Positions 1 through 9,159 of a DNA stretch of 64,000 nt are shown here, in pieces (positions within the stretch are counted from its first letter, which is position 1; every line of letters begins with the position of its first letter). The position numbers and the translations under genes are program-made. The notes beneath the pieces were generated by a model, which saw only the letters and a program-made list of their open reading frames with translations, was not told the origin of the DNA and did no database searches. Location: NCBI RefSeq assembly GCF_003790525.1, contig NZ_CP033635.1, one strand, 5' to 3'. This stretch comes from Escherichia coli (lineage in GTDB: Bacteria > Pseudomonadota > Gammaproteobacteria > Enterobacterales > Enterobacteriaceae).

Positions 1-1443
1 CCGAACATCGCTAACCGCAACAAAGGCGGGCGGCGCAAACCGAAAAAGAATTTTTTCAGCGACGAAGCCATCGAAAAGCTGGAGCAGATTTTCTTTGAGC
101 AGTCTTTCGACTATCAGTTGCACTGGTATCGCGCCGGGCTTGAGCACCGCATCCGCGATATCCTGAAATCCCGCCAGATTGGCGCAACGTTTTATTTTTC
201 CCGCGAGGCGCTGCTGCGTGCCCTGAAAACCGGTCATAACCAGATTTTTCTGTCGGCCAGTAAAACGCAGGCGTATGTGTTCCGCGAATACATCATCGCC
301 TTTGCCCGGCTGGTTGACGTTGACCTGACCGGTGACCCGATTGTCCTGGGCAATAACGGCGCAAAACTGATTTTTCTCGGCACCAACTCCAACACCGCGC
401 AGAGCCATAACGGCGACCTGTACGTCGACGAGATTTTCTGGATCCCGAATTTTCAGGTACTGCGTAAGGTGGCATCAGGTATGGCCTCACAGAGTCACCT
501 GCGCTCGACCTATTTCTCCACCCCGTCCACGCTGGCGCACGACGCCTACCCGTTCTGGTCGGGTGAACTGTTTAACCGGGGACGCGCCAGCGCCGCCGAA
601 CGCGTGGAAATCGACGTCAGTCATAACGCCCTTGCCGGTGGGCTTCTCTGTGCGGACGGCCAGTGGCGGCAGATTGTCACCATTGAGGACGCCCTGAAAG
701 GCGGCTGCACGCTGTTCGACATTGAGCAGCTCAAACGCGAAAACAGCGCCGACGATTTTAAAAACCTGTTCATGTGTGAATTTGTTGACGACAAGGCGTC
801 GGTATTCCCGTTCGAGGAGCTGCAACGCTGCATGGTCGACACGCTGGAAGAATGGGAAGACTATGCGCCGTTTGCCGCCAATCCGTTCGGCTCCCGCCCG
901 GTATGGATTGGTTACGACCCGTCACACCGTGGCGACAGCGCCGGATGCGTGGTGCTGGCACCGCCGGTGGTGGCCGGAGGTAAATTCAGAATACTTGAGC
1001 GTCACCAGTGGAAAGGCATGGACTTTGCCACTCAGGCGGAATCCATCCGCAAACTCACCGAAAAATACAACGTCGAATACATCGGAATTGATGCCACCGG
1101 CCTCGGTGTCGGCGTGTTCCAGCTCGTGCGCTCGTTCTATCCCGCCGCGCGCGATATCCGCTACACGCCGGAAATGAAAACCGCAATGGTGCTCAAGGCA
1201 AAAGACGTCATCCGCCGTGGCTGTCTGGAATATGACGTCAGCGCCACCGACATCACCAGCTCGTTCATGGCTATCCGCAAGACCATGACCAGCAGCGGAC
1301 GCAGCGCCACCTATGAGGCCAGCCGTAGCGAGGAAGCCAGCCACGCCGACCTCGCCTGGGCGACCATGCACGCCCTGTTAAATGAGCCACTCACCGCCGG
1401 TATCAGCACCCCGCTGACATCCACCATTCTGGAGTTTTACTGA
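1..1443 (+). CDS. Phage terminase ATPase (large) subunit, P2 gpP-like; 5' end outside window
   Basis: Frame is open from nt 1 (no stop before the listed 118 start); lies immediately upstream of a 344-aa portal with TGATG stop/start overlap at 1441-1445, as in the P2 P-Q operon. Confidence 0.8.
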   Translation, partial: PNIANRNKGGRRKPKKNFFSDEAIEKLEQIFFEQSFDYQLHWYRAGLEHRIRDILKSRQIGATFYFSREALLRALKTGHNQIFLSASKTQAYVFREYIIAFARLVDVDLTGDPIVLGNNGAKLIFLGTNSNTAQSHNGDLYVDEIFWIPNFQVLRKVASGMASQSHLRSTYFSTPSTLAHDAYPFWSGELFNRGRASAAERVEIDVSHNALAGGLLCADGQWRQIVTIEDALKGGCTLFDIEQLKRENSADDFKNLFMCEFVDDKASVFPFEELQRCMVDTLEEWEDYAPFAANPFGSRPVWIGYDPSHRGDSAGCVVLAPPVVAGGKFRILERHQWKGMDFATQAESIRKLTEKYNVEYIGIDATGLGVGVFQLVRSFYPAARDIRYTPEMKTAMVLKAKDVIRRGCLEYDVSATDITSSFMAIRKTMTSSGRSATYEASRSEEASHADLAWATMHALLNEPLTAGISTPLTSTILEFY

Positions 1444-2477
1444 TGAGCAAGAAAAAAGGGAAAACACCGCAACCTGCGGCAAAAAAAATGACCGCCAGCG
1501 CCCCGAAAATGGAGGCATTCACCTTTGGTGAGCCGGTGCCGGTACTCGACCGCCGTGACATTCTGGATTACGTCGAGTGCATCAGTAACGGCAGATGGTA
1601 TGAGCCACCAGTCAGCTTTACCGGTCTGGCAAAAAGCCTGCGTGCTGCCGTGCATCACAGCTCACCGATTTACGTCAAACGTAACATTCTGGCCTCAACG
1701 TTTATCCCACACCCGTGGCTTTCTCAGCAGGATTTCAGCCGCTTTGTGCTGGATTTTCTGGTATTCGGTAATGCGTTTCTGGAAAAGCGTTACAGCACCA
1801 CCGGTAAGGTCATCAGACTGGAAACCTCACCGGCAAAATATACCCGCCGTGGCGTGGAGGAGGATGTTTACTGGTGGGTGCCGTCCTTCAACGAGCCGAC
1901 ACCTTTCGCGCCCGGCTCCGTGTTTCACCTGCTGGAGCCGGATATTAATCAGGAGCTGTACGGTCTGCCGGAATATCTCAGCGCCCTTAACTCTGCCTGG
2001 CTGAATGAGTCGGCCACGCTGTTCCGCCGCAAGTATTACGAAAACGGCGCTCATGCCGGATATATCATGTACGTCACTGATGCCGTGCAGGATCGCAACG
2101 ATATCGAAATGCTTCGCGAAAACATGGTGAAGTCGAAAGGCCGCAACAACTTTAAAAACCTGTTTCTCTATGCCCCGCAGGGGAAAGCTGACGGCATTAA
2201 AATTATCCCGCTCAGTGAAGTGGCAACGAAGGACGATTTTTTTAATATCAAAAAAGCCAGCGCCGCTGACCTGCTGGACGCGCACCGCATCCCCTTTCAG
2301 TTGATGGGCGGCAAGCCGGAGAACGTCGGGTCGCTGGGTGATATTGAGAAAGTAGCAAAGGTCTTTGTCCGCAATGAGCTTATCCCGTTACAGGACAGGA
2401 TCCGCGAGATAAACGGCTGGCTCGGTCAGGAGGTCATCCGATTTAAAAACTACTCACTGGACACTGACAACGGCTGA
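1443..2477 (+). CDS. Phage portal protein, P2 gpQ-like (344 aa)
   Basis: Size identical to P2 Q; overlapping start with terminase gene; followed by terminator and cos. Confidence 0.8.
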   Translation: MSKKKGKTPQPAAKKMTASAPKMEAFTFGEPVPVLDRRDILDYVECISNGRWYEPPVSFTGLAKSLRAAVHHSSPIYVKRNILASTFIPHPWLSQQDFSRFVLDFLVFGNAFLEKRYSTTGKVIRLETSPAKYTRRGVEEDVYWWVPSFNEPTPFAPGSVFHLLEPDINQELYGLPEYLSALNSAWLNESATLFRRKYYENGAHAGYIMYVTDAVQDRNDIEMLRENMVKSKGRNNFKNLFLYAPQGKADGIKIIPLSEVATKDDFFNIKKASAADLLDAHRIPFQLMGGKPENVGSLGDIEKVAKVFVRNELIPLQDRIREINGWLGQEVIRFKNYSLDTDNG

Positions 2478-2482
2478 ACATC

Positions 2483-2505
2483 GCCGCCTGCGGGCGGCTT
2501 TTTTA
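2483..2505 (+). terminator. Rho-independent terminator after portal gene
   Basis: gccgcc-tgcg-ggcggc hairpin followed by a T-run. Confidence 0.5.
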
Positions 2506-2645
2506 CACCCCGTCATCACGCCCTCACACGTTCGCCACTGTACAAAACACCCCGCAGACACACCAACGCCCCGGCAGGCCGACTAAACGCCATCACGACG
2601 CGCTCAGACGCTGAAAAAATAAAATCAGCACCACCGCCAGCGCGC

Positions 2646-2664
2646 AGTGCTTTCCCCGCCTCGC
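2646..2664. other. Phage cos cohesive-end sequence (P2/186-type)
   Basis: gtgctttccccgcctcgcc is the reverse complement of GGCGAGGCGGGGAAAGCAC, which I recall as the 19-nt P2 cohesive end; position (just 3' of Q) is as expected. Confidence 0.55.
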
Positions 2665-2892
2665 CCGCCCGCTTCATGGGTCGGTTTTGATGCAATTCCA
2701 AAAGCCGTCCAAACTCTCTTAGGCTAAATGTCCAACGAGAAAATAGTTCTTTGAATGTGAATGCATTTTAATGCAGAGTTATGCCCAGCATTTTTGTACA
2801 CTTCGATGTATCAAATGCGCTGCAAACGATCAAATATGGATGTTTTATCAAGCATCCCCCAAAAGATATTTACATCATCCCATGAGGTTAAG

Positions 2893-3966
2893 ATGGATAA
2901 CAAAATCGTAGAAATTGAGACAAATAAGCTTGATTTTGACCCTAAAAACCCACGTTTCTTTCGTCTCAATGATGCCAGTAACGCTGCAACAGTCATTGAG
3001 GAAATGTTAGATGACGAAAGTGTCCACGATCTAATGCTATCAATCGGTCAGCAAGGTTACTTTCCTGGAGAACCTTTATTGGCAGTAAAAAGCAATGGAA
3101 ACTACATCGTGGTTGAGGGAAACAGACGCTTAGCTGCTGTAAAGTTGCTCAATGGAGATCTGCTTCCTCCAAAAAGAAAACTTAAAGGTGTGCAAGAAAT
3201 CATTGATGATACTACCAATAAACCTAAGAAGCTTCCCTGCATCATTTATGAAAACCGAGAGGATGTACTGAGATATATCGGTTATCGTCATATAACTGGG
3301 GTCAAAGAATGGGACTCATTATCTAAAGCCAAATACCTTAAAGAGTTATGTGATACTTTTTATTCACATGAGCCTAAAGAGATAGTATTAAAAAATCTGG
3401 CTCGTGAGATTGGGAGTAAACCACATTATGTTGCAACACTTCTCACTGCACTGAACTTATATGAAGTCGCGCATGACCATGAGTTTTTTAATTTACCCAT
3501 GAAGGCTTCTGACGTGGAATTTTCATATATAACCACAGCTTTGGGATATTCAAAAATCACAAACTGGTTAGGTCTACAGGATAAAAAGGATTTTTTAGAC
3601 CCAAATTTAAATGAAGAAAACCTTAAGCGTTTATTCTCTTGGTTTTTTGTGCCTGACCAACAAGGTAGAACCATCATCGGTGAGTCTCGAAGAATAAAAG
3701 ATATTGCAGCAGTGGTTGAGAAACCCGAAGCAATTGAAATTCTCATGAAAAGTTCAAACTTGGATGAAGCATATCTATATACCAGCGGAGAAAGAGAAGC
3801 ATTAGATAAAGCACTAAACGCAGCTAGTGTTAAATTAAGAGTAGTTTGGGATATGCTACTTAAAGCTAAAGAATTAACATTAGAGCATGAAGAGGCTGCA
3901 TCTGAAATTTTTGAGATGTCAAAAAATATTAGAAATCAGATCAGAAGCAAAAGGGAGGATGATTGA
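2893..3966 (+). CDS. ParB/Srx-like N-terminal-domain protein (hotspot cargo gene 1); ORF open from 2761, start 2893 preferred
   Basis: Motifs LDFDPKNPRFF and IVVEGNRRLAAVKL resemble the ParB PNPxQPR and GERRxRA boxes; GAGG 5 nt upstream of ATG 2893; region looks AT-rich. Confidence 0.7.
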   Translation: MDNKIVEIETNKLDFDPKNPRFFRLNDASNAATVIEEMLDDESVHDLMLSIGQQGYFPGEPLLAVKSNGNYIVVEGNRRLAAVKLLNGDLLPPKRKLKGVQEIIDDTTNKPKKLPCIIYENREDVLRYIGYRHITGVKEWDSLSKAKYLKELCDTFYSHEPKEIVLKNLAREIGSKPHYVATLLTALNLYEVAHDHEFFNLPMKASDVEFSYITTALGYSKITNWLGLQDKKDFLDPNLNEENLKRLFSWFFVPDQQGRTIIGESRRIKDIAAVVEKPEAIEILMKSSNLDEAYLYTSGEREALDKALNAASVKLRVVWDMLLKAKELTLEHEEAASEIFEMSKNIRNQIRSKREDD

Positions 3967-4996
3967 GATTATGATTACAAATCTTGATTCAATGCCTTCT
4001 AATGAGCCTTATTTATGGGCTGATTATATTGAGATATTGGCCTTAACTAATATCGACAGGTCATTCAGTCGAGGAGACCTATATAGCACACTGCAAGCTC
4101 AACCCGAAGCAGTACTAGCTGAAACAGATGAAGCAGAAGAAGAGGGCGTTTATGATGTTGATGATGAAAATGATACGCCTGTACGCAAGAGAACAAAACG
4201 AAGTGTTAGTCGAGCATATACTGACAGAAAGTGGAGCTATGCGATAGGCTTCATACGACAACGCATTGATTTATTTGGGGATAGTTACCCTTTTACTTTA
4301 TCAGAAGACAACGATACTGTAGAGTTACGTGATATATCAGAAAAGCCACTGGAACATTTAGAAAGACTATATTTAGCTTTACTAATCTGTGCTAACATAA
4401 AATATGTCAACATAATGAGCAGAAGAGAGATAACGCGCAGTTTTGAACTAATTAGTTTACCTATTTTTGAAAGCCTAATGCCTAGCGGTAGCATAATAAA
4501 AGCATGCTGGGCTTCTGGTGGTCAAGCGGCCCCTTACACTGGAACTCTATATAATAAATTTAAGAGTATTGCTTCCGATATCCGTTGCACAGCGAACTTC
4601 AAAGAACGAGATTTCAGTCGAGGAAATAGTGGTGACGGAGGCCTTGACATAATTGCCTGGCATCCAATGGGAGATCAACGAGATGCCATCCCTATTTCTT
4701 TTGTTCAGTGTGGCTGTTCTCAAGAAGAGTGGGAAGCGAAGCAGCTTGAGGCCTCACCTGCGATGCTCTACAGTAAATTCCCCGTAGCTCACCGATGGGC
4801 AACTTATTATTTCTTACCTCAAGATCTACGATGGATAGATGGTGAGTGGGCGCATAAAAATAAGTTAGGCGATGCTATTTTTGTTGATCGCCTAAGATTA
4901 ATCAATTTAACCAGAGCATCTGATAATATTGATCACAGTCAAAATATTAGCTATCTAGATATCATCCTTGATCCTTCCAGCGCGATCGCTGCTTAA
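3959..4996 (+). CDS. Hypothetical protein, possible PD-(D/E)xK-like nuclease core in C-terminal half (hotspot cargo gene 2)
   Basis: Start ATG 3959 overlaps gene 1 stop (ATGATTGA), alternative ATG 3971; GGAGG at 3954-3958; acidic then basic tract ETDEAEEEGVYDVDDENDTPVRKRTKR; GGLDIIAW ... EEWEAK fits a D...ExK spacing (weak). Confidence 0.6.
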   Translation: MIEIMITNLDSMPSNEPYLWADYIEILALTNIDRSFSRGDLYSTLQAQPEAVLAETDEAEEEGVYDVDDENDTPVRKRTKRSVSRAYTDRKWSYAIGFIRQRIDLFGDSYPFTLSEDNDTVELRDISEKPLEHLERLYLALLICANIKYVNIMSRREITRSFELISLPIFESLMPSGSIIKACWASGGQAAPYTGTLYNKFKSIASDIRCTANFKERDFSRGNSGDGGLDIIAWHPMGDQRDAIPISFVQCGCSQEEWEAKQLEASPAMLYSKFPVAHRWATYYFLPQDLRWIDGEWAHKNKLGDAIFVDRLRLINLTRASDNIDHSQNISYLDIILDPSSAIAA

Positions 4997-5931
4997 TCCC
5001 ATAAATCTGGAAGGTTTCTAGCAACCGCCTCAAACAATGGAGGCGGTACTGCATTACCTACCACAGTATATTTCATATTAATAGAAGCCCGTTCAGTTTC
5101 TGGGAAAATTAAATCCCCAAAACCTTGTAAAATAGCAGCCTCTCGATAGCTAAACCTACGAGCTGGTGCATCCGAAGTAAATTGCCACTTATCAGGTCCC
5201 AATTTTTCTAATGTTGGACTTATTGGATGTAGAGGCATATGTCTAGGATTTGCAACAATTGTTTTAGATATCTGATCCCAATCTTGCCTACGGTTTCGCG
5301 ATAGATAATACCAATGAAAATCGGCGTCATAAAACTCGCCAACAGGCCAAACAGGCATATGCCCAATAGCATCACGAATTGTGGAATATGGTGTCAAACC
5401 ATCACCATGTGTTGGTTTTGGAAATTTGTATGTAATACCGTAGTCCTTTCGTATTCCTACGATAAAGATTCGCTTCCTATCTTGGGATACCCCATAATGG
5501 GACGCATTCAGAATTTGCGAGCTTACTGTATAACCTGCTTCTTCGAAAACTTTGAATTGATCCTTTAATAAATGCTCAAAGTTACGCCTTACCATACCAG
5601 AGACATTCTCTACAATGAATGCTTTTGGCTTAATTTTACTCAAAGCACGGGCAAACTCTAAATATAGTGTATTAATCTTTCTATCTGCCTTCCTTGCCCC
5701 ACCTTGACTAAATCCTTGGCAAGGATAGCATCCGATGAGCAACTCAGCAGAAGGGAACGACTGGAGCCCTGAGATATCGCCCAAAATGTAGTCAGTTTCA
5801 GGATGGTTTTCTAAGTAAACGTCCCTTGCGTAAGGCAAAATATCATTTGCCATAAGCACATTGAAACCTGCGTTCAAAACTCCCGCATCAGAACCACCAC
5901 ATCCAGAAAAAAGTGAAACTACAGTTGGCAT
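4993..5931 (-). CDS. DNA (cytosine-5)-methyltransferase, short HaeIII/HhaI-size type (312 aa)
   Basis: Motif I FSGCGG, motif IV PCQGFS, motif VI ENV, motif VIII QDRKRIFIVG; AGGAGG-type RBS upstream of start; stop overlaps stop of gene 2 within TTAA at 4993-4996. Confidence 0.9.
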   Translation of the reverse strand: MPTVVSLFSGCGGSDAGVLNAGFNVLMANDILPYARDVYLENHPETDYILGDISGLQSFPSAELLIGCYPCQGFSQGGARKADRKINTLYLEFARALSKIKPKAFIVENVSGMVRRNFEHLLKDQFKVFEEAGYTVSSQILNASHYGVSQDRKRIFIVGIRKDYGITYKFPKPTHGDGLTPYSTIRDAIGHMPVWPVGEFYDADFHWYYLSRNRRQDWDQISKTIVANPRHMPLHPISPTLEKLGPDKWQFTSDAPARRFSYREAAILQGFGDLIFPETERASINMKYTVVGNAVPPPLFEAVARNLPDLWD

Positions 5932-6173
5932 TGACCCCTCCTAAAAACCGACCGCGTATTATAGCGAAACACCCCGTTGGGAAAAGCTAGATTTTGCCAA
6001 GTCTTGATATTCTCACGTTTTAGTAGTTGTGGCCATCTTTAACGAGAAAAAGATAAAATTGACTTCTCATTAATTTTCAATAGGTTTAATTGTAAGCTCA
6101 AACTAACGCCTCGCGACACTCGTTATTCAACCCCGCCAGCCCTGAAAACAAGTTTCACGACTGGCGGCGTTCT

Positions 6174-6392
6174 CTATCGTCTGCGTTGTGGTGGCGCAAC
6201 TCTGGACTGACCGATATGGTTAAACCGCCCGTAATTATCCCGGACTATTTCGGCACACCCGACCAGCTCATCGGGCGTCAGATTTTCGTTGACCATAATC
6301 CGCTGTAAACGCTGAACAATAGCCATCAGCTTGATATTTTTAGTTTTATGGTGCGGTATCTCGCCTGGTATTCTGTGCATTATCCAAGCCAC
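6174..6392 (-). CDS. Small hypothetical protein at cargo/replication-module boundary
   Basis: 72-aa ORF only; overlaps 3' end of ASCH gene; no recognisable motif. Confidence 0.3.
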   Translation of the reverse strand: MAWIMHRIPGEIPHHKTKNIKLMAIVQRLQRIMVNENLTPDELVGCAEIVRDNYGRFNHIGQSRVAPPQRRR

Positions 6393-6832
6393 CCGTTTTG
6401 CTGTGCACGCTCCATCTGTTCATCTGAATAGTTCCATGCTCCATCCGTGGCAACCATTGCCCCGCCAGACATCCCCGTCTCTGGTTCATACATAACAGCA
6501 AGGCCGAGCTGATGCATAATTTCATGATTAATTCTGAATACCAGGCCACGCTCACTAAGTTCTTTCCAGTTCACAATCTCATATGCGCCTGTATTAAGCA
6601 GCTCAATACTTAGCAAGACATAATCTTCCAGCCAGTCTGACAGGTCAGTAACATCTGTTATCCGGGCTTCAACATTTCGCCCCGTATACACACCCTGCAC
6701 CCATTCATACAAAATCAACGTGTCCCCGCGCTCATAATTACGGTCATTTTTCCGGAACTCTGCACGTTTCTTTCCTTCCAGCACAAGGTCGAAATATTTT
6801 GCGTGCAGCTTTACCTCGTGAATTTTTGCCAT
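6380..6832 (-). CDS. ASCH (PUA-like) domain protein at the P2 orf91 position
   Basis: N-terminal MAKIHEVKLHAKYFDLVLEGKKRAEFRKNDRNYERGDTLILYEW resembles ASCH; start ATG 6832 shares a base with the gene A stop (TAATG). Confidence 0.65.
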   Translation of the reverse strand: MAKIHEVKLHAKYFDLVLEGKKRAEFRKNDRNYERGDTLILYEWVQGVYTGRNVEARITDVTDLSDWLEDYVLLSIELLNTGAYEIVNWKELSERGLVFRINHEIMHQLGLAVMYEPETGMSGGAMVATDGAWNYSDEQMERAQQNGWLG

Positions 6833-9159
6833 TATGTCCACTCCATTACTGTTGAGAATCCCGGCCACTCATCAGCGACCGGATACGTGAATTTTTTCCC
6901 GTCATAATTTACGGTCGCGCCACGCGCCAGCGCCTCAAGCTCCCATCGCTGCGGCCTGATACCGTTCTGAGCAAGGTCAACGCGGATACGGGTAATTTGC
7001 GTTCGTTCCGACCGGGTCAGTCTGGCCGATGGCGCTATTTCATGTGGTTTTAACGGGCTTCCGTTTCTCTGCTGACGATTTGGTGTTCTCAGTTCGTGTT
7101 TTAATGCACCTCTGAGCGCCCTCACGACCTCTGGCTCATTCCATTCGATAACACCGTCATCAACCAGATTAAGCACGGCTGCGGCATGTTCATAAGGTGT
7201 GGGAGCCGGTAACGAAGTATCACTGCCGGTGAGCTTTCCACAGTTATTGACAGGACTCCGAGGCGCGGCGATGCCGCTTTTTAAAGTCAAAGGCTCAACG
7301 ACCGGAACTTTCGGCACAATGCGCCAGTCCGTCGTTCTGGTGATATGAATATGACGCGCGCCGAGATGCGGCGCGTAAATACCGACCACTCTCTCGACTT
7401 CTTCCTCGTACTCGTTAACGTCACTCGACGGGCTACGGGCAACCCTGACAGTCTGACAATCGCGCGGGACATTTGCCCCACCCTGCGCGCTGATATACAA
7501 CGCAAAATCACCACTGTCTGCGGCAGCGCGAGCAGCCTCGACGCGTTCGTCAAACTCATCAGCAATACTGACGCCGCGAGGTAATTTGCGTAGTTCACGG
7601 TAAGCCCCCATTGTCGGTAGGCCAACCGTTTTAAATTGCGGAATGCGCCACGTTGACGCCCATGCGGTAACAGCCGCGGCAGTGTCTTTCAGCGGCCTGC
7701 CGGTATCGTTATCGAGCTGACCATCCAGTGCATAGCCGTCGATGTTTTTTGAAATGTATTTCGCGATATACCCCGCAGCACCGCCCCGATTAAGGTGTTT
7801 TGCCTGAAAACGGTTTCGCGCGGCTCCTCTTTCGTCGCCATCCTCTTTGAGCGCATAGCGACGCATGATTTCGATAATCTGGTTACGCTGGCGCGAATTA
7901 CAAAAAAGCATCATATGCCAGTGCGGCGTTCCGTCGTGGTGTGGCTCGACGACACGCAAACCGTAGACCTGTAAATCATTATCCTTGAATGCCGTGCGCA
8001 TCAGGCTCCAGATACGGCAGAGATAACGCTGCGCATCCTTTGGATTAAATGCCTCATCGTTCCAGCCGTGATTAAGCTGCACGGTTTTACTTTCGCCTTT
8101 TCCTACCTGACGTGTCGGGTGATACTTTGACGGCGCGGTCAGCGTGATAAACATCCCCACATCACCCTCTGCAGCGGCGTAACGCTCAATACCGGCAATG
8201 GTGTTCATCAGCTCCATCCGGCGAATTTCAGGATTAGAAATACTGCCCATCACCTTACTGATAAGGTCGATGCGCTCGCCGGTTTCCCTGTTTTCAAGGT
8301 CACACGATTTAAGAAATTCCAGATTTGCCTGGCGGCGCGCACGCACATCACGAATGGCATGTTTACTGGCATAAGGTGAACGGTCTTTATTGACCTCCCC
8401 GACAGCAATCAGTAACGCCTCATGCCAGCGCATACGCTGGCCTTTAAGCTGTCTAATCCACCACTCATCGTTAAACAGGCGGGCAATGGCAGAATATGCC
8501 TGCCTCGTGGTCATCTGCCCTTTACGGTATTTTCTCCAGTACAGCGGGGAAATATTGAAAGCACGTGCAGCGCCAGCAACATGACCATACAGGTGAGCCT
8601 GCGCCTCATCCGTAAACAGCGATTCTTTTTCGCCATGGGCATCCACCCAGGCATCGCAGAGTTCCTCATACATCATGAAAAGCTGCGATGAGATACGGGC
8701 GGCAAACTTTTTCAGCTCCTTGTCATTCATTCCCGGCAGGCGCGCATAGTGGTCACGCTCTGCCAGAAACAGCAACGACGCGTCGGTGTTCATTTCATGG
8801 CGCTGATTCACACGCTCAATGCGCGGCCATAAACGACGCTGAAAAGTGGATGTGAGGAAATAAAACCCGTGCACCGGGCTTTTATTGCGCCGGATGTAGT
8901 CATAGCGTGAAGTAAACAGCGAGCGCAAAAAGTAAGGCAGGCGGTTAATCGTGGATAAAACACCTTGCACCTGACGCATCTCATCACGTGTAAGGGGTCT
9001 TTCGCGCCCGACGGCCTCGCGTGGCGCGTTCCATGCATAAGCACCGGTAAACATCTTACCGGTGCCTGCGGCAAATGCTGACGGAGGGACAAAACGCCCG
9101 GAGGCTTTAACGGCCATATGAGCCAAAAGCCTCTGAACAACGCCTGCTGAGTTGCTCAA
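6832..9159 (-). CDS. Rolling-circle replication initiation endonuclease, P2 gpA-like (HUH superfamily)
   Basis: HUH motif PHWHMMLF and YxxxY motif GYIAKYISK; 775 aa against 761 aa for P2 A; position in early operon. Confidence 0.85.
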   Translation of the reverse strand: MSNSAGVVQRLLAHMAVKASGRFVPPSAFAAGTGKMFTGAYAWNAPREAVGRERPLTRDEMRQVQGVLSTINRLPYFLRSLFTSRYDYIRRNKSPVHGFYFLTSTFQRRLWPRIERVNQRHEMNTDASLLFLAERDHYARLPGMNDKELKKFAARISSQLFMMYEELCDAWVDAHGEKESLFTDEAQAHLYGHVAGAARAFNISPLYWRKYRKGQMTTRQAYSAIARLFNDEWWIRQLKGQRMRWHEALLIAVGEVNKDRSPYASKHAIRDVRARRQANLEFLKSCDLENRETGERIDLISKVMGSISNPEIRRMELMNTIAGIERYAAAEGDVGMFITLTAPSKYHPTRQVGKGESKTVQLNHGWNDEAFNPKDAQRYLCRIWSLMRTAFKDNDLQVYGLRVVEPHHDGTPHWHMMLFCNSRQRNQIIEIMRRYALKEDGDERGAARNRFQAKHLNRGGAAGYIAKYISKNIDGYALDGQLDNDTGRPLKDTAAAVTAWASTWRIPQFKTVGLPTMGAYRELRKLPRGVSIADEFDERVEAARAAADSGDFALYISAQGGANVPRDCQTVRVARSPSSDVNEYEEEVERVVGIYAPHLGARHIHITRTTDWRIVPKVPVVEPLTLKSGIAAPRSPVNNCGKLTGSDTSLPAPTPYEHAAAVLNLVDDGVIEWNEPEVVRALRGALKHELRTPNRQQRNGSPLKPHEIAPSARLTRSERTQITRIRVDLAQNGIRPQRWELEALARGATVNYDGKKFTYPVADEWPGFSTVMEWT

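Noticed and set aside
722-2285. Overlapping alternative-frame ORFs within the terminase and portal genes
   Set aside because: Embedded in or antisense to the P and Q genes; no independent support.
2761-2892. N-terminal 44-residue extension of the ParB-like ORF
   Set aside because: No RBS at 2761, the extension is Cys/Met-rich and unstructured-looking, and a GAGG box precedes ATG 2893; kept as an alternative start only.
2665-5931. Assigning the hotspot cargo to a specific named defence system or to the dnd phosphorothioation pathway via the ParB-like protein
   Set aside because: Only the ParB N-terminal boxes are recognisable; no DndACDE-like partners are present and I cannot verify a match to any named system without a profile search.
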